Assembly (NCBI GenBank): GCA_947624765.1
Contig: CANQLS010000004.1
Span: 1-20,978 of the forward strand
Length of the DNA: 20,978 nucleotides
Direction of reading: 5' to 3'
From: an uncultured Clostridia bacterium
Lineage (GTDB): Bacteria > Bacillota > Clostridia > TANB77 > UBA1234
Made by a program: the position numbers and the translations under genes. Below are positions 1-7,199 of the stretch, piece after piece. Under the pieces are notes generated by a model. That model had not been told where the DNA came from. It saw only the letters and a program-made list of their open reading frames with translations, and searched no databases. The first letter of the stretch is position 1. Each line of letters begins with the position of its first letter.

Positions 1-159
1 ATAGATACAGCAAATGCCTATGTAAATGAAAAAGGTGTAGGTAGAGGAATAAAAAAATCAGGAGTTGCAAGAGAAGATAAACCAGCAGTTTTACAAGTGG
101 AAGCACATCCTTATTATCAGCAAGGAGAGCAGGAACAACAGCAACATTTGACCAATTAA
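1..159 (+). pseudogene. aldo/keto reductase remnant (cut by window edge, internal deletion, early stop)
   Basis: Frame 1 reads IDTANAYVNEKGVGRGIKKSGVAREDK|PAVLQVEAHPYYQQ..., with a stop at 157-159. IDTA..Y.NE..VG and QVE.HPY are signature blocks of aldo/keto reductases. The roughly 100 aa that normally separate them are missing, and the tail (GEQEQQQHLTN*) is unrelated. Confidence 0.6.
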
Positions 160-386
160 ATAAATATTTTGCAATGAATCAAATGCCAATTATATCATCA
201 AGGTATTGGAATATGGTTCATGACGGAACGCCAGAAGAAGTAAGAAAAGATGAAGAAGGAATGCAAATTATGAGAATACTAGGAAAGAATATGGCGTATT
301 TCCTAAAGTGTCAAGAAGCTGCCAAAAAAGCAGGAATAACTATGCCACCAGTAGAGAAGATAACTTTTACGAATTTTATTAGATAA
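111..386 (+). pseudogene. C-terminal fragment of a flavodoxin-family NAD(P)H-dependent FMN oxidoreductase
   Basis: The frame of the 174..386 ORF stays open upstream. It reads LLSARRAGTTATFDQLNKYFAMNQMPIISSRYWNMVHDGTPEEV...LGKNMAYFLKC...KKAGI...TNFIR*. I recognise this as the last third of roughly 200-aa flavodoxin-type reductases. No N-terminal part is present, and the ATG at 174 is an internal Met. Confidence 0.65.
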
Positions 387-428
387 ATAGCAAATTATTG
401 CTTGGAATTTATAAATAAATTTTAAAAA

Positions 429-460
429 TTCATAGATTTTCATAGAAAAAATGGTATAAT
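429..460 (+). promoter_or_regulatory. toxin-antitoxin promoter: extended -10 (TGgTATAAT) with tandem TTCATAGA direct repeats over the -35/spacer
   Basis: TG at 452-453 and TATAAT at 455-460. TTCATAGA occurs at 429-436 and again at 439-446, exactly 10 bp apart. The antitoxin SD GGAGG lies at 480-484. Confidence 0.55.
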
Positions 461-492
461 ATTAGTGTAAATCTATTTTGGAGGTAAAGAAT

Positions 493-735
493 ATGTCTAT
501 AGAAAAACAAAAATTGTATAATGAAATAGAAACATTACCAGAAGAACTTACAAATCAAGTTATTAATTTTGTTGAATATTTAAAATTATCATATATAGAT
601 AAAGAAGCACCAGATAGTGTTACTATAAAAAGTAAGAAAGATTTAAAAGAAAAATTACAAAAAGGACTTGATGATATAAAAGAAAATAGACTATACTCTC
701 TAGATGATGTTTTCAGTAAAATAGAGAATATATAA
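493..735 (+). CDS. type II antitoxin (DUF2281-like N-terminus, RelB/ParD-like C-terminus)
   Basis: ATG 493 lies 8 nt after GGAGG (480-484). The 80-aa acidic protein starts MSIEKQKLYNEIETLPEE..VINFVEYLK. Its stop lies 15 nt before the ParE/RelE-like ORF. The track start at 478 is a TTG overlapping the SD. Confidence 0.8.
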   Translation: MSIEKQKLYNEIETLPEELTNQVINFVEYLKLSYIDKEAPDSVTIKSKKDLKEKLQKGLDDIKENRLYSLDDVFSKIENI

Positions 736-750
736 AGGGGAGTATTGGCT

Positions 751-1074
751 ATGAAAAGATATATAGTAGAAATGTCAGATACTGCTGAACAAGACTTGGA
801 AAATATTATTTCATATCTAAAATATGATTTGGCAGGAGATATTATAGCAGATAAGTATAAAATTTTATTTAAGCAAGAATTAAAGAAACTAGAAGATGTT
901 GCTGGAATAATGCCTATTTTAGAAGAAGAATTAACAGGACATAAAAACATTAGAAAAATTAATGTGAGAAATTATATAATTTTTTATATTATTGATGAGG
1001 CTGTTGGTAAAGCTTTGGTAGTGAGAATAGGACATTGTTTTATGGATTGGGAAAAATATTTAAAAGATGAATAA
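751..1074 (+). CDS. type II toxin, RelE/ParE family
   Basis: ATG 751 lies 8 nt after AAGGGGAG (735-742). The product MKRYIVEMSDTAEQDLENIISYL...VRIGH has ParE/RelE-type size, N-terminal pattern and position after a small antitoxin. TTG 745 is an alternative start. Confidence 0.8.
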   Translation: MKRYIVEMSDTAEQDLENIISYLKYDLAGDIIADKYKILFKQELKKLEDVAGIMPILEEELTGHKNIRKINVRNYIIFYIIDEAVGKALVVRIGHCFMDWEKYLKDE

Positions 1075-1174
1075 ATTTAGTTTAACATATCATTTTAATG
1101 TGGATATAATAGAAATATTATATCTATTTTTATATCCAGAGTGATAACACAATTCGTATAAACAAATGGTTGTA

Positions 1175-1203
1175 TTTACAATTACTTGTTTTTTTTATAT
1201 AAT
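1175..1203 (+). promoter_or_regulatory. sigma-A-type promoter for the GNAT gene
   Basis: TTTACA (1175-1180), a 17-nt spacer, then a perfect TATAAT (1198-1203). Confidence 0.55.
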
Positions 1204-1235
1204 CGAACTATAAAAATAATAATTTATAAAGGAAA

Positions 1236-1658
1236 ATGATTATTATGAGATATGAAAAAAATATTTTAACTAGTGAAATTTATTGCGAATTAAGAAAAAG
1301 TGTAGAATGGTTTGAATTGCCAAAAATTAAAATAGATGAGGCTATAAAAAATAGTATATATACTATAACTGTATTTGACGGAGATAATCCTGTAGGTATG
1401 GGAAGATTAATTGGAGATGGCATTTATTTTGTTATTGTAGATGTTGTTGTGAATCCAGAATATCAAAGAAAAGGTATTGGCACTCAAATAGTAAATATGT
1501 TTATTGACTACGTGGATAAAGAAACAATAACAGGTAGTCGTTCGAGTATTCAATTAATAGCCGAAAAAGGAAAAGAAGGTTTTTATGAGAAACTTGGATT
1601 TAAAAAGATACCAAACGAATTTTGTGGCAGTGGTATGAGAAAAGGTATTCGTAAATAG
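1236..1658 (+). CDS. GNAT family N-acetyltransferase
   Basis: Acetyl-CoA-binding motif: VVVNPEYQRKGIGTQIV...GFYEKLGFK. The size is about 140 aa. ATG 1245 is an alternative start with better spacing from AAAGGA (1228-1233). Confidence 0.9.
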   Translation: MIIMRYEKNILTSEIYCELRKSVEWFELPKIKIDEAIKNSIYTITVFDGDNPVGMGRLIGDGIYFVIVDVVVNPEYQRKGIGTQIVNMFIDYVDKETITGSRSSIQLIAEKGKEGFYEKLGFKKIPNEFCGSGMRKGIRK

Positions 1659-1735
1659 CCCATACAATCTTGAAAGAAATATATAAACAAATACATTTCA
1701 TATACATTTGAAGCGCAATATGTATGTAAAATGTA
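1647..1735 (+). repeat. dispersed repeat, copy A (last codons of the GNAT gene plus about 75 nt downstream)
   Basis: Hand alignment to 6740-6839:
- ATTCGTAAATAGC is identical in both copies (13/13).
- TGAAAGAAATATATAAACAAATA versus TGAGAGAAAGATATAAGCAAATA matches 20/23.
- TTTCATAT.CATTT.AAGCGCAATAT.TAT...AATGTA is shared. Confidence 0.8.
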
Positions 1736-1773
1736 AAGGCAATAATATGAATAAGCGTAACATAAATGTTGAA

Positions 1774-1806
1774 AATAGCTATGTGTAAACATAAGCTATT
1801 TTTTTG
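1774..1806 (+). terminator. rho-independent terminator
   Basis: Stem AATAGCTATG (1774-1783) pairs with CATAAGCTATT (1790-1800) with one bulged A. The loop is TGTAAA, and the hairpin runs into a T tract through 1805. Confidence 0.75.
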
Positions 1807-1836
1807 AAAAAAAGGTATAATTTTTTTAAAATAATA

Positions 1837-1884
1837 TTGACACTGTGTCAGGATTAGTATATTATGATACTGACAAGGTGTCAG
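1837..1884 (+). promoter_or_regulatory. promoter with two TGACA-n3-TGTCA palindromic operators (probable sites for the downstream TetR)
   Basis: -35 TTGACA (1837-1842), a 17-nt spacer, -10 TATTAT (1860-1865). Palindrome 1 is TGACActgTGTCA (1838-1850) and overlaps the -35. Palindrome 2 is cTGACAaggTGTCAg (1870-1884), between the -10 and the SD. Confidence 0.7.
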
Positions 1885-1895
1885 AGGGAGGAGAA

Positions 1896-2633
1896 ATGAT
1901 AATGAATCGTTTTGAAGAAAGCAAAGAAGTATTTAACAAATTATTTGGAGAATTATCAGATGCGGAAAAGGAAATAGATCATGAACTTATGGAAATTTTG
2001 AGGAGGTTTATATTTGGAGATGTTTTCCATAGTAGTGATGAACTAGATTTGAAAGAGAGAGAATTAATTACTGTAACAATTTTAGCAGTATTACAAACAC
2101 TTCCACAATTGTCTGCACATATCAATGCAGCATTAAATGTAGGAGCAACTCCTATAGAAGTAAGAGAAACTATTTATCAGTTAGCACCTTTTATAGGTTT
2201 TCCAAGAACATTAAATGCAGTAAGCACAATGAACGAAGTTTTTAAATCAAGAGAAATTAAATTACCATTAGAAAACATGGGAACAGTAACAGATGAAACA
2301 AGGTTTGAAGAAGGTTTTAAAATTCAAAATCCAATATATGGAGATGAAATAAAGGGAAAATATCTGGATGTACCTGAAATTCCTAAATATTTAACAGAAT
2401 TTGGCTTTGGAGATTTTTATACAAGAAAAGGTTTAGACATAAAAACAAGAGAATTACTTGTATTAGTTGGTTTAACAACAATAAGGTCTGATACTCAAAT
2501 AAAAGCTCATGTGCTTGGAAATATAAAGGTAGGAAATTCAAAGGAGAAATTGCTAGCTGCTATGTTACAATGTTTACCTTATATAGGGTTCCCAAACACA
2601 ATGAATACAATTAATATTATAAAAAGCATTTAA
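1896..2633 (+). CDS. carboxymuconolactone decarboxylase (AhpD-like) family protein, two tandem CMD domains
   Basis: The CMD-type pattern occurs twice: first LITVTILAVLQTLPQLSAHINAAL..GATPIEVRETIYQLAPFIGFPRTLNA, then LLVLVGLTTIRSDTQIKAHVLGNIKVGNSKEKLLAAMLQCLPYIGFPNTMN. GGAGG lies at 1887-1891. The start is ATG 1896 or ATG 1902. The GTG at 1845 in the track lies inside the promoter. Confidence 0.85.
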   Translation: MIMNRFEESKEVFNKLFGELSDAEKEIDHELMEILRRFIFGDVFHSSDELDLKERELITVTILAVLQTLPQLSAHINAALNVGATPIEVRETIYQLAPFIGFPRTLNAVSTMNEVFKSREIKLPLENMGTVTDETRFEEGFKIQNPIYGDEIKGKYLDVPEIPKYLTEFGFGDFYTRKGLDIKTRELLVLVGLTTIRSDTQIKAHVLGNIKVGNSKEKLLAAMLQCLPYIGFPNTMNTINIIKSI

Positions 2634-2654
2634 AAGAGAGAAGGATGATAAAAA

Positions 2655-3263
2655 ATGGAAATAAAATCAGCAGATGAAAGAAGAGAAGAAATTATAAATG
2701 CTTGTGAAGAATTATATCAGTCTAAAAGTTTTAAGGAAATAACTTTAAAAGATATAAGCGAAAAGACTACATTTTCAAGACCTTCTATATATAATTACTT
2801 TCAGACAAAAGAAGAAATATTTTTAGCGATTTTGAAAAGAGAGTATGAAAAATGGATAAAAGATTTAGCAAATATATATTTAAAAAACGATAAACTAAAA
2901 AAAGATGAATTTGCAACTAAAATTGCAAAAACAATTGAAAAGAGAGAACAGTTATTAAAACTTTTGTCAATGAATTTATATGATATGGAAGCAAATAGTC
3001 GTATGGAACAATTAATAGAGTTTAAGAAAAGTTATGGAGAATCACTAAAAGCAGTTAGAAAGTGTCTAGATAAATTTTTTAAGAATATGAGTGAAGAAGA
3101 AAAAGATAAATTTGTTTTTTCATTTTTTCCATTGATGTACGGAATTTATCCATATACTCGTGCTACTGAGAAACAAAAAGAAGCTATGAAAAAAGCAGAA
3201 GTTCCATTTAAGTTCTTTTCAATATATAAAATGGTGTATGAAAGTATAATGAAGTTGTTGTAA
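2655..3263 (+). CDS. TetR/AcrR family transcriptional regulator
   Basis: N-terminal HTH: FKEITLKDISEKTTFSRPSIYNYFQTKEEIF. The size is about 200 aa. It starts 21 nt after the CMD gene, so it is probably co-transcribed. Confidence 0.9.
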   Translation: MEIKSADERREEIINACEELYQSKSFKEITLKDISEKTTFSRPSIYNYFQTKEEIFLAILKREYEKWIKDLANIYLKNDKLKKDEFATKIAKTIEKREQLLKLLSMNLYDMEANSRMEQLIEFKKSYGESLKAVRKCLDKFFKNMSEEEKDKFVFSFFPLMYGIYPYTRATEKQKEAMKKAEVPFKFFSIYKMVYESIMKLL

Positions 3264-3311
3264 AAAAGTTTTAAAATGATAAAAATATTTAAAGAAAGAA
3301 GGAAAAGTAAT

Positions 3312-3992
3312 ATGAATAAAAAAGTATTGGTTTTGGTAATTGCAATTGTTTTAACTACATTAGGTGTTGGAGTTTTTATAGCAAGTTCTAGTGGACCTAA
3401 TAATACAAATAATGATAATTTAAATGAAAATATAAATGAATCTAACAATTTAGAAGAAAATAATAATGTACCAAATTTAGATGAAAATTCTAATAGTGGT
3501 AATAATCTAGGTAATATAGAAAATAATTCGAATAATGATGATAATTCAAGTGATGCGGAAGATAATGAAGAAACATCTAATAGCGATAATATTGCAATTG
3601 TTTATTTTTCTGCAACAGGGACGACAAGAAGAGTTGCAGAATATATAAAAGATGCTACTGGTGGAGATTTGATTGAAATTGAGCCAAAAGAAAAGTATAC
3701 AGATGATGATTTAAATTATAATAATACTAATAGTAGATCTACGAGAGAACAAAATGACTCTTCTGTAAGACCAGAAATTGCAAATACAATTGATACAAGT
3801 TCTTTTGATGTAATTTATTTGGGTTATCCAATTTGGTGGGGAGATGCACCAAGAATAATTTTAACATTTTTAGATACTTATGATTTAAGTGGAAAAACAG
3901 TTATTCCATTCTGCACATCAGGAGGTTCTGGAATAGGTTCAAGTGTTAGCTATTTTAGTTCCTTATGGAGTAGGAATGATTCCATTAAATAA
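3312..3992 (+). CDS. exported/membrane-anchored flavodoxin with Asn/Asp/Glu-rich linker; C-terminus replaced (3'-truncated)
   Basis: ATG 3312 gives MNKKVLVLVIAIVLTTLGVGVFIASSS, a signal or anchor sequence. A low-complexity N/D/E linker of about 75 aa follows. The flavodoxin core reads IAIVYFSATGTTRRVAE...YLGYPIWWGDAPRI...IPFCTSGGSGIGSS. The ORF then ends in an unrelated YFSSLWSRNDSIK* that overlaps the amidohydrolase frame. Confidence 0.7.
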   Translation: MNKKVLVLVIAIVLTTLGVGVFIASSSGPNNTNNDNLNENINESNNLEENNNVPNLDENSNSGNNLGNIENNSNNDDNSSDAEDNEETSNSDNIAIVYFSATGTTRRVAEYIKDATGGDLIEIEPKEKYTDDDLNYNNTNSRSTREQNDSSVRPEIANTIDTSSFDVIYLGYPIWWGDAPRIILTFLDTYDLSGKTVIPFCTSGGSGIGSSVSYFSSLWSRNDSIK

Positions 3993-4590
3993 TATTGAAG
4001 AAGCATTAAAGATTATGAACGAAATAAAGGAAAATGAATATTTAGTAGGAATACAATTATTCACAAGACATTTAGGAAAATCTGTTGCAGATAATGAGTT
4101 TAGAAGTATTTTTGAAAAAGCATCAGAATTAGATATGCCAATATGGATACATCCTGTTTTTGATGAAAGAAAACCAGATAATAATATGGTATTTAGCTGG
4201 GAATATGAATTATCACAAGCAATGATGCAAATAGTACAGGCAAATATTTTTAAAGATTTTCCTAATATAAAAATAATTGTGCATCATGCAGGAGCAATGA
4301 TACCATTTTTTGCGGGTAGAATAGATAATATATTACCAAAAGAACAAGCAGAAGATTTTAAAAAATTCTACGTGGATACAGCCATACTTGGAAATACGAA
4401 AGCACTAGAACTTGCATTGTCTTATTTTGGAGAAGATAAGGTTTTATATGGTACAGATGCACCACTTGGAATTATGCCTGCAGGAGCAACAAAAGAAATA
4501 GAGGATGCAATAAATGAACTTCCAGTAAATGAAGATATAAAAGAAAAAATCTATAATAAAAATATTATGAAGTTAATAAATCAAAATTAA
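3937..4590 (+). pseudogene. amidohydrolase-2 (ACMSD/TIM-barrel metal hydrolase) family, 5'-truncated
   Basis: The frame opens only at 3937, after a TAG. The product carries the C-terminal two thirds of the fold (IWIHPV, IIVHHAGAMIPF, VLYGTDAPLG). The N-terminal roughly 100 aa, including the HxH metal site, are missing. Possible restart codons are GTG 3943 or ATG 3976, the latter with GGAG at 3965-3968. Confidence 0.7.
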
Positions 4591-4744
4591 ATATAATGGG
4601 TAAATAGTTTAAATTTAAAATAATAAATATATAATGAATTCAGAATAAAAAGTAATTTATTATAAGGGGGGAGATTTTATATTTTTAATACTTTTATATA
4701 TTTTTATTTTTTATAAAAAATGGAAAGAAAAAGGAAAAGATAAA

Positions 4745-5176
4745 TTGCTTGTTAATACCATTATGTATATATATTTATCTTTTGTATTATATTTTACTTT
4801 GATGCCAATTATAACATCTTTACTGTTTATATTTGATCATCCATATGATTCAATGAATTTAGTACCATTTGTTGATGTAATAAATGGTAGAGGAGATTTT
4901 GTTAGACAAGTATTATTAAATGTAATAATGACGATTCCATTTGGTTTTTTATTTCCTCTTACAAATAATAAAAATCCCAATTTTCTAAAAACAATAATTT
5001 ATACGATTTTATTAAGTTTAAGTATTGAATTGTTACAACCTTTAATAAACGGTTGTAGATCATCTGATATAACTGATATAATAACTAATGTTATAGGTGG
5101 AATAATTGGATATATAGGATATTTAATTTTCAAACCCTTGACTACAAAAATACTAAACTATATAAAAAATAAGTAA
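4745..5176 (+). CDS. VanZ family membrane protein (start uncertain, see finding)
   Basis: Four or five hydrophobic helices with the VanZ-like pattern: YFTLMP...NLVPF...NVIMTIPFGFLFP...LSLSIELLQ...SDITDIITNVIGGIIGY. The coordinates use the track's TTG start. The frame is open, and looks like a transmembrane helix, back to 4649. Confidence 0.8.
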   Translation: MLVNTIMYIYLSFVLYFTLMPIITSLLFIFDHPYDSMNLVPFVDVINGRGDFVRQVLLNVIMTIPFGFLFPLTNNKNPNFLKTIIYTILLSLSIELLQPLINGCRSSDITDIITNVIGGIIGYIGYLIFKPLTTKILNYIKNK

Positions 5177-5219
5177 TACAAATTATAAGAGCACCGGAAA
5201 AACGAGAAATTTCTTATTG

Positions 5220-5249
5220 TTGACAGTATACAACCTTAAGATATATAAT
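5220..5249 (+). promoter_or_regulatory. sigma-A-type promoter upstream of the DUF3841 gene
   Basis: TTGACA (5220-5225), an 18-nt spacer, TATAAT (5244-5249). A perfect 10-bp palindrome AGAAATTTCT (5205-5214) lies just upstream. Confidence 0.5.
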
Positions 5250-5371
5250 TTTAAAATGAGATGATAAGAAAAATGATTTGCCAAAGAAATAACAATTAGT
5301 TTGTTATCATTAGGTTATATGAATAGTAGTATTTTATATAAAGGTTTATATAAAATGTTAGGAGAATAATA

Positions 5372-6051
5372 ATGAGATTAATAATATTTCAATCATTTGA
5401 AGCATTAAAAAGCTTAATAGATAATGGATATCTAATTTGTGATGATAAGTACATAGATAAAAAGAAATTTGAATTCATTTATGAATGGATTATAGAAAAA
5501 ATGAGTAAGCAAGTTGTTAACAATATAAATGCAAAATATCCAATTTGGTGCTGGGTTAAGTGTTATAATGGAATCTGCCCACCAAAAAGAAAAAAAGCAG
5601 AAAAAGTAAGTGGATTTGATGTGAAATAACTTTTAACAAAAACAATAAAGAGGTATTTATAACAGATTTTAGAAGATATTCATTTTTGCTTAATAATGTT
5701 TATATTCCGAAATCAATAGAAGATAAAAATAAATTTAATAATGAATTGTTAAAAAAGAATATAACATTGGAAGAATTAAAAGCATATGTTAGACAAGACA
5801 AATATGAAAGTTATAGGCAAGATAAAGAATTTTTAGATATATGTGAAAAAATTAGAAAAAGTTTTGATAGATGTATAACGGAAGATAGTGATATACTTCA
5901 AGGCTGTGTGTGGGATATAAAATTGGAAGATATTGAAAAAATAGAGTTTCTAAATTCAAATGATGATTATTCATATGGAACTTTAAATTATATTAGAGCA
6001 AACAACAAAAGAATAAATTGGATTGAAGACTTTTATAAATTACTAAAATAG
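5372..6051 (+). pseudogene. DUF3841 family protein, disrupted by a frameshift near 5620-5626
   Basis: ORF 5372..5629 (MRLIIFQSFEAL...YPIWCWVK...SGFDVK*) continues in the +2 frame from 5620 as CEITFNKNNKEVFITDFRRYSFLLNNVYIP, which joins ORF 5686..6051. Together they give one DUF3841-like protein of about 225 aa. Confidence 0.7.
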
Positions 6052-6151
6052 ATTAAAAGTTTTAACTAGAGCTACAAATAATAGAAAAAAGCAGTAGAAG
6101 CGCCTGGCAAAAGTACTTCAAATGAATGGTGTGAGTATAAAAGGAGAGTAT

Positions 6152-6622
6152 ATGGAAATTATAAAGTTAGAAGATAGTAATAATTATATTTTTGAAAAAA
6201 TATGTGAATGGAATTATAACTGGTGGGGAATAAGGAATAATGTTAGTTTTGAGGCAGTAAAATGTAATTTAGAACATTCCTTATGCAAAGAAAAATTACC
6301 TCAAACATTTGTAGCTTTAATTGATGGAGAGCCAGCAGGTATGTATCAGCTAGCAATGTCTGATGATTTAGATAGTAGACCAGATATTTATCCTTGGCTC
6401 ATTAATGTATATGTTGATGAACAATATAGAGGAAGAAATGTTTGCAGAAATTTGATGAACACAGTAAATGAAAATGCCAAAAAAGCAAATTTAACAGAAT
6501 TGTTTTTATATACAAAGCATATAGGATTATATGAAAAATTTGGTTGGAAGTTTATGGAAGAAGTAAAAACTTTTAAAGAAGATTCTCCAATAGAAAGATT
6601 ATATAGATTAGAAATAAAGTGA
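6152..6622 (+). CDS. GNAT family N-acetyltransferase
   Basis: ATG 6152 follows AAAGGAGAG. The motif reads WLINVYVDEQYRGRNVCRNLMN...GLYEKFGWKF. It is distinct from the GNAT at 1236. Confidence 0.9.
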   Translation: MEIIKLEDSNNYIFEKICEWNYNWWGIRNNVSFEAVKCNLEHSLCKEKLPQTFVALIDGEPAGMYQLAMSDDLDSRPDIYPWLINVYVDEQYRGRNVCRNLMNTVNENAKKANLTELFLYTKHIGLYEKFGWKFMEEVKTFKEDSPIERLYRLEIK

Positions 6623-6648
6623 TTTTAAATTGCAATTTTTCCAATAAA

Positions 6649-6680
6649 GGCGAGTAATTATTGAAAATTACTCGTCTTTA
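6649..6680 (+). terminator. rho-independent terminator (weak T tract)
   Basis: Stem GGCGAGTAATT (6649-6659) pairs with AATTACTCGTC (6666-6676), including one G-U pair. The loop is ATTGAA, followed by TTTA. Confidence 0.6.
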
Positions 6681-6739
6681 TGTTAGCATTTATTTAATAA
6701 AACACAATTTGTAGAAGAATTAAATGGATTTCCAAGGGC

Positions 6740-6839
6740 ATTCGTAAATAGCTTATACAACTCATAATTTATGAGAGAAAGATATAAGCAAATATTGACG
6801 TTTCATATGCATTTAAAGCGCAATATTTATATGAATGTA
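6740..6839 (+). repeat. dispersed repeat, copy B (relic gene 3' end ...KGIRK* plus intergenic element)
   Basis: It matches 1647-1735 (see copy A) and has an extra 11-nt insert that forms a small hairpin, CTCATaatttATGAG. The upstream sequence aaa tgg att tcc aag ggc att cgt aaa tag reads ...KGIRK*, the same tail as the GNAT at 1236-1658, but no gene body precedes it. Confidence 0.8.
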
Positions 6840-6859
6840 GATTTTAAGGAGGAAATATA

Positions 6860-7189
6860 ATGGAAAGAATTTATAACAAACTAGTTAGAGATAATATACC
6901 AAATATTATTATTTCAAATGGTGAAACACCAATTACTAAAATTTTAGATGACGATACATATAAAGTAGAATTAGAAAAGAAACTAAATGAAGAATACAAT
7001 GAGGTATTAAATGCTGCTGGAGAAGATAGAATAGAGGAATTAGCTGATATGCTTGAAATTATAAAAGCATTAGCTAAATTAGAAAATAAATCATTACAGG
7101 ATGTTATTGATTGCTCAAATGAAAAGGCTAAAAAAAGAGGAGCATTTGACAAAAAAATTTTTTTGGAAAAAGTAATTGAAAAGAATTAA
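6860..7189 (+). CDS. small MazG-like nucleoside triphosphate pyrophosphohydrolase (PRA-PH-like)
   Basis: The SD is AAGGAGG. The product reads YNKLVRDNIPNII...KLNEEYNE...EELADMLEIIKAL...EKAKKRGAFDKKIFL, the typical pattern of this roughly 100-aa all-alpha NTP-PPase family. Confidence 0.8.
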   Translation: MERIYNKLVRDNIPNIIISNGETPITKILDDDTYKVELEKKLNEEYNEVLNAAGEDRIEELADMLEIIKALAKLENKSLQDVIDCSNEKAKKRGAFDKKIFLEKVIEKN

Positions 7190-7199
7190 TATACTTAAA

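Noticed and set aside
1101-1138. Long AT-rich hairpin after the ParE-like gene (TGGATATAA...TTATATCCA with an inner TAGA/TCTA pairing) as a terminator.
   Set aside because: No T tract follows the 3' arm (the next bases are GAGTGATAAC), and the stem is almost entirely A-T. It may still pause transcription, but I do not call it a terminator.
1747-1788. A 13-codon ORF (MNKRNINVENSYV) with a weak SD after repeat copy A, considered as a real micro-gene or as the 5' relic of a MazG-like gene.
   Set aside because: Similarity to the start of the 6860 gene is not convincing at either the DNA or the peptide level, and the ORF ends inside the terminator stem. It is mentioned only as context for the repeat.
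3400-3600. Apparent repetitive DNA (aat/gat/gaa-rich) as a tandem repeat or CRISPR-like array.
   Set aside because: There is no fixed repeat unit or spacer periodicity. It is the codon-level signature of an Asn/Asp/Glu low-complexity linker inside the flavodoxin ORF.
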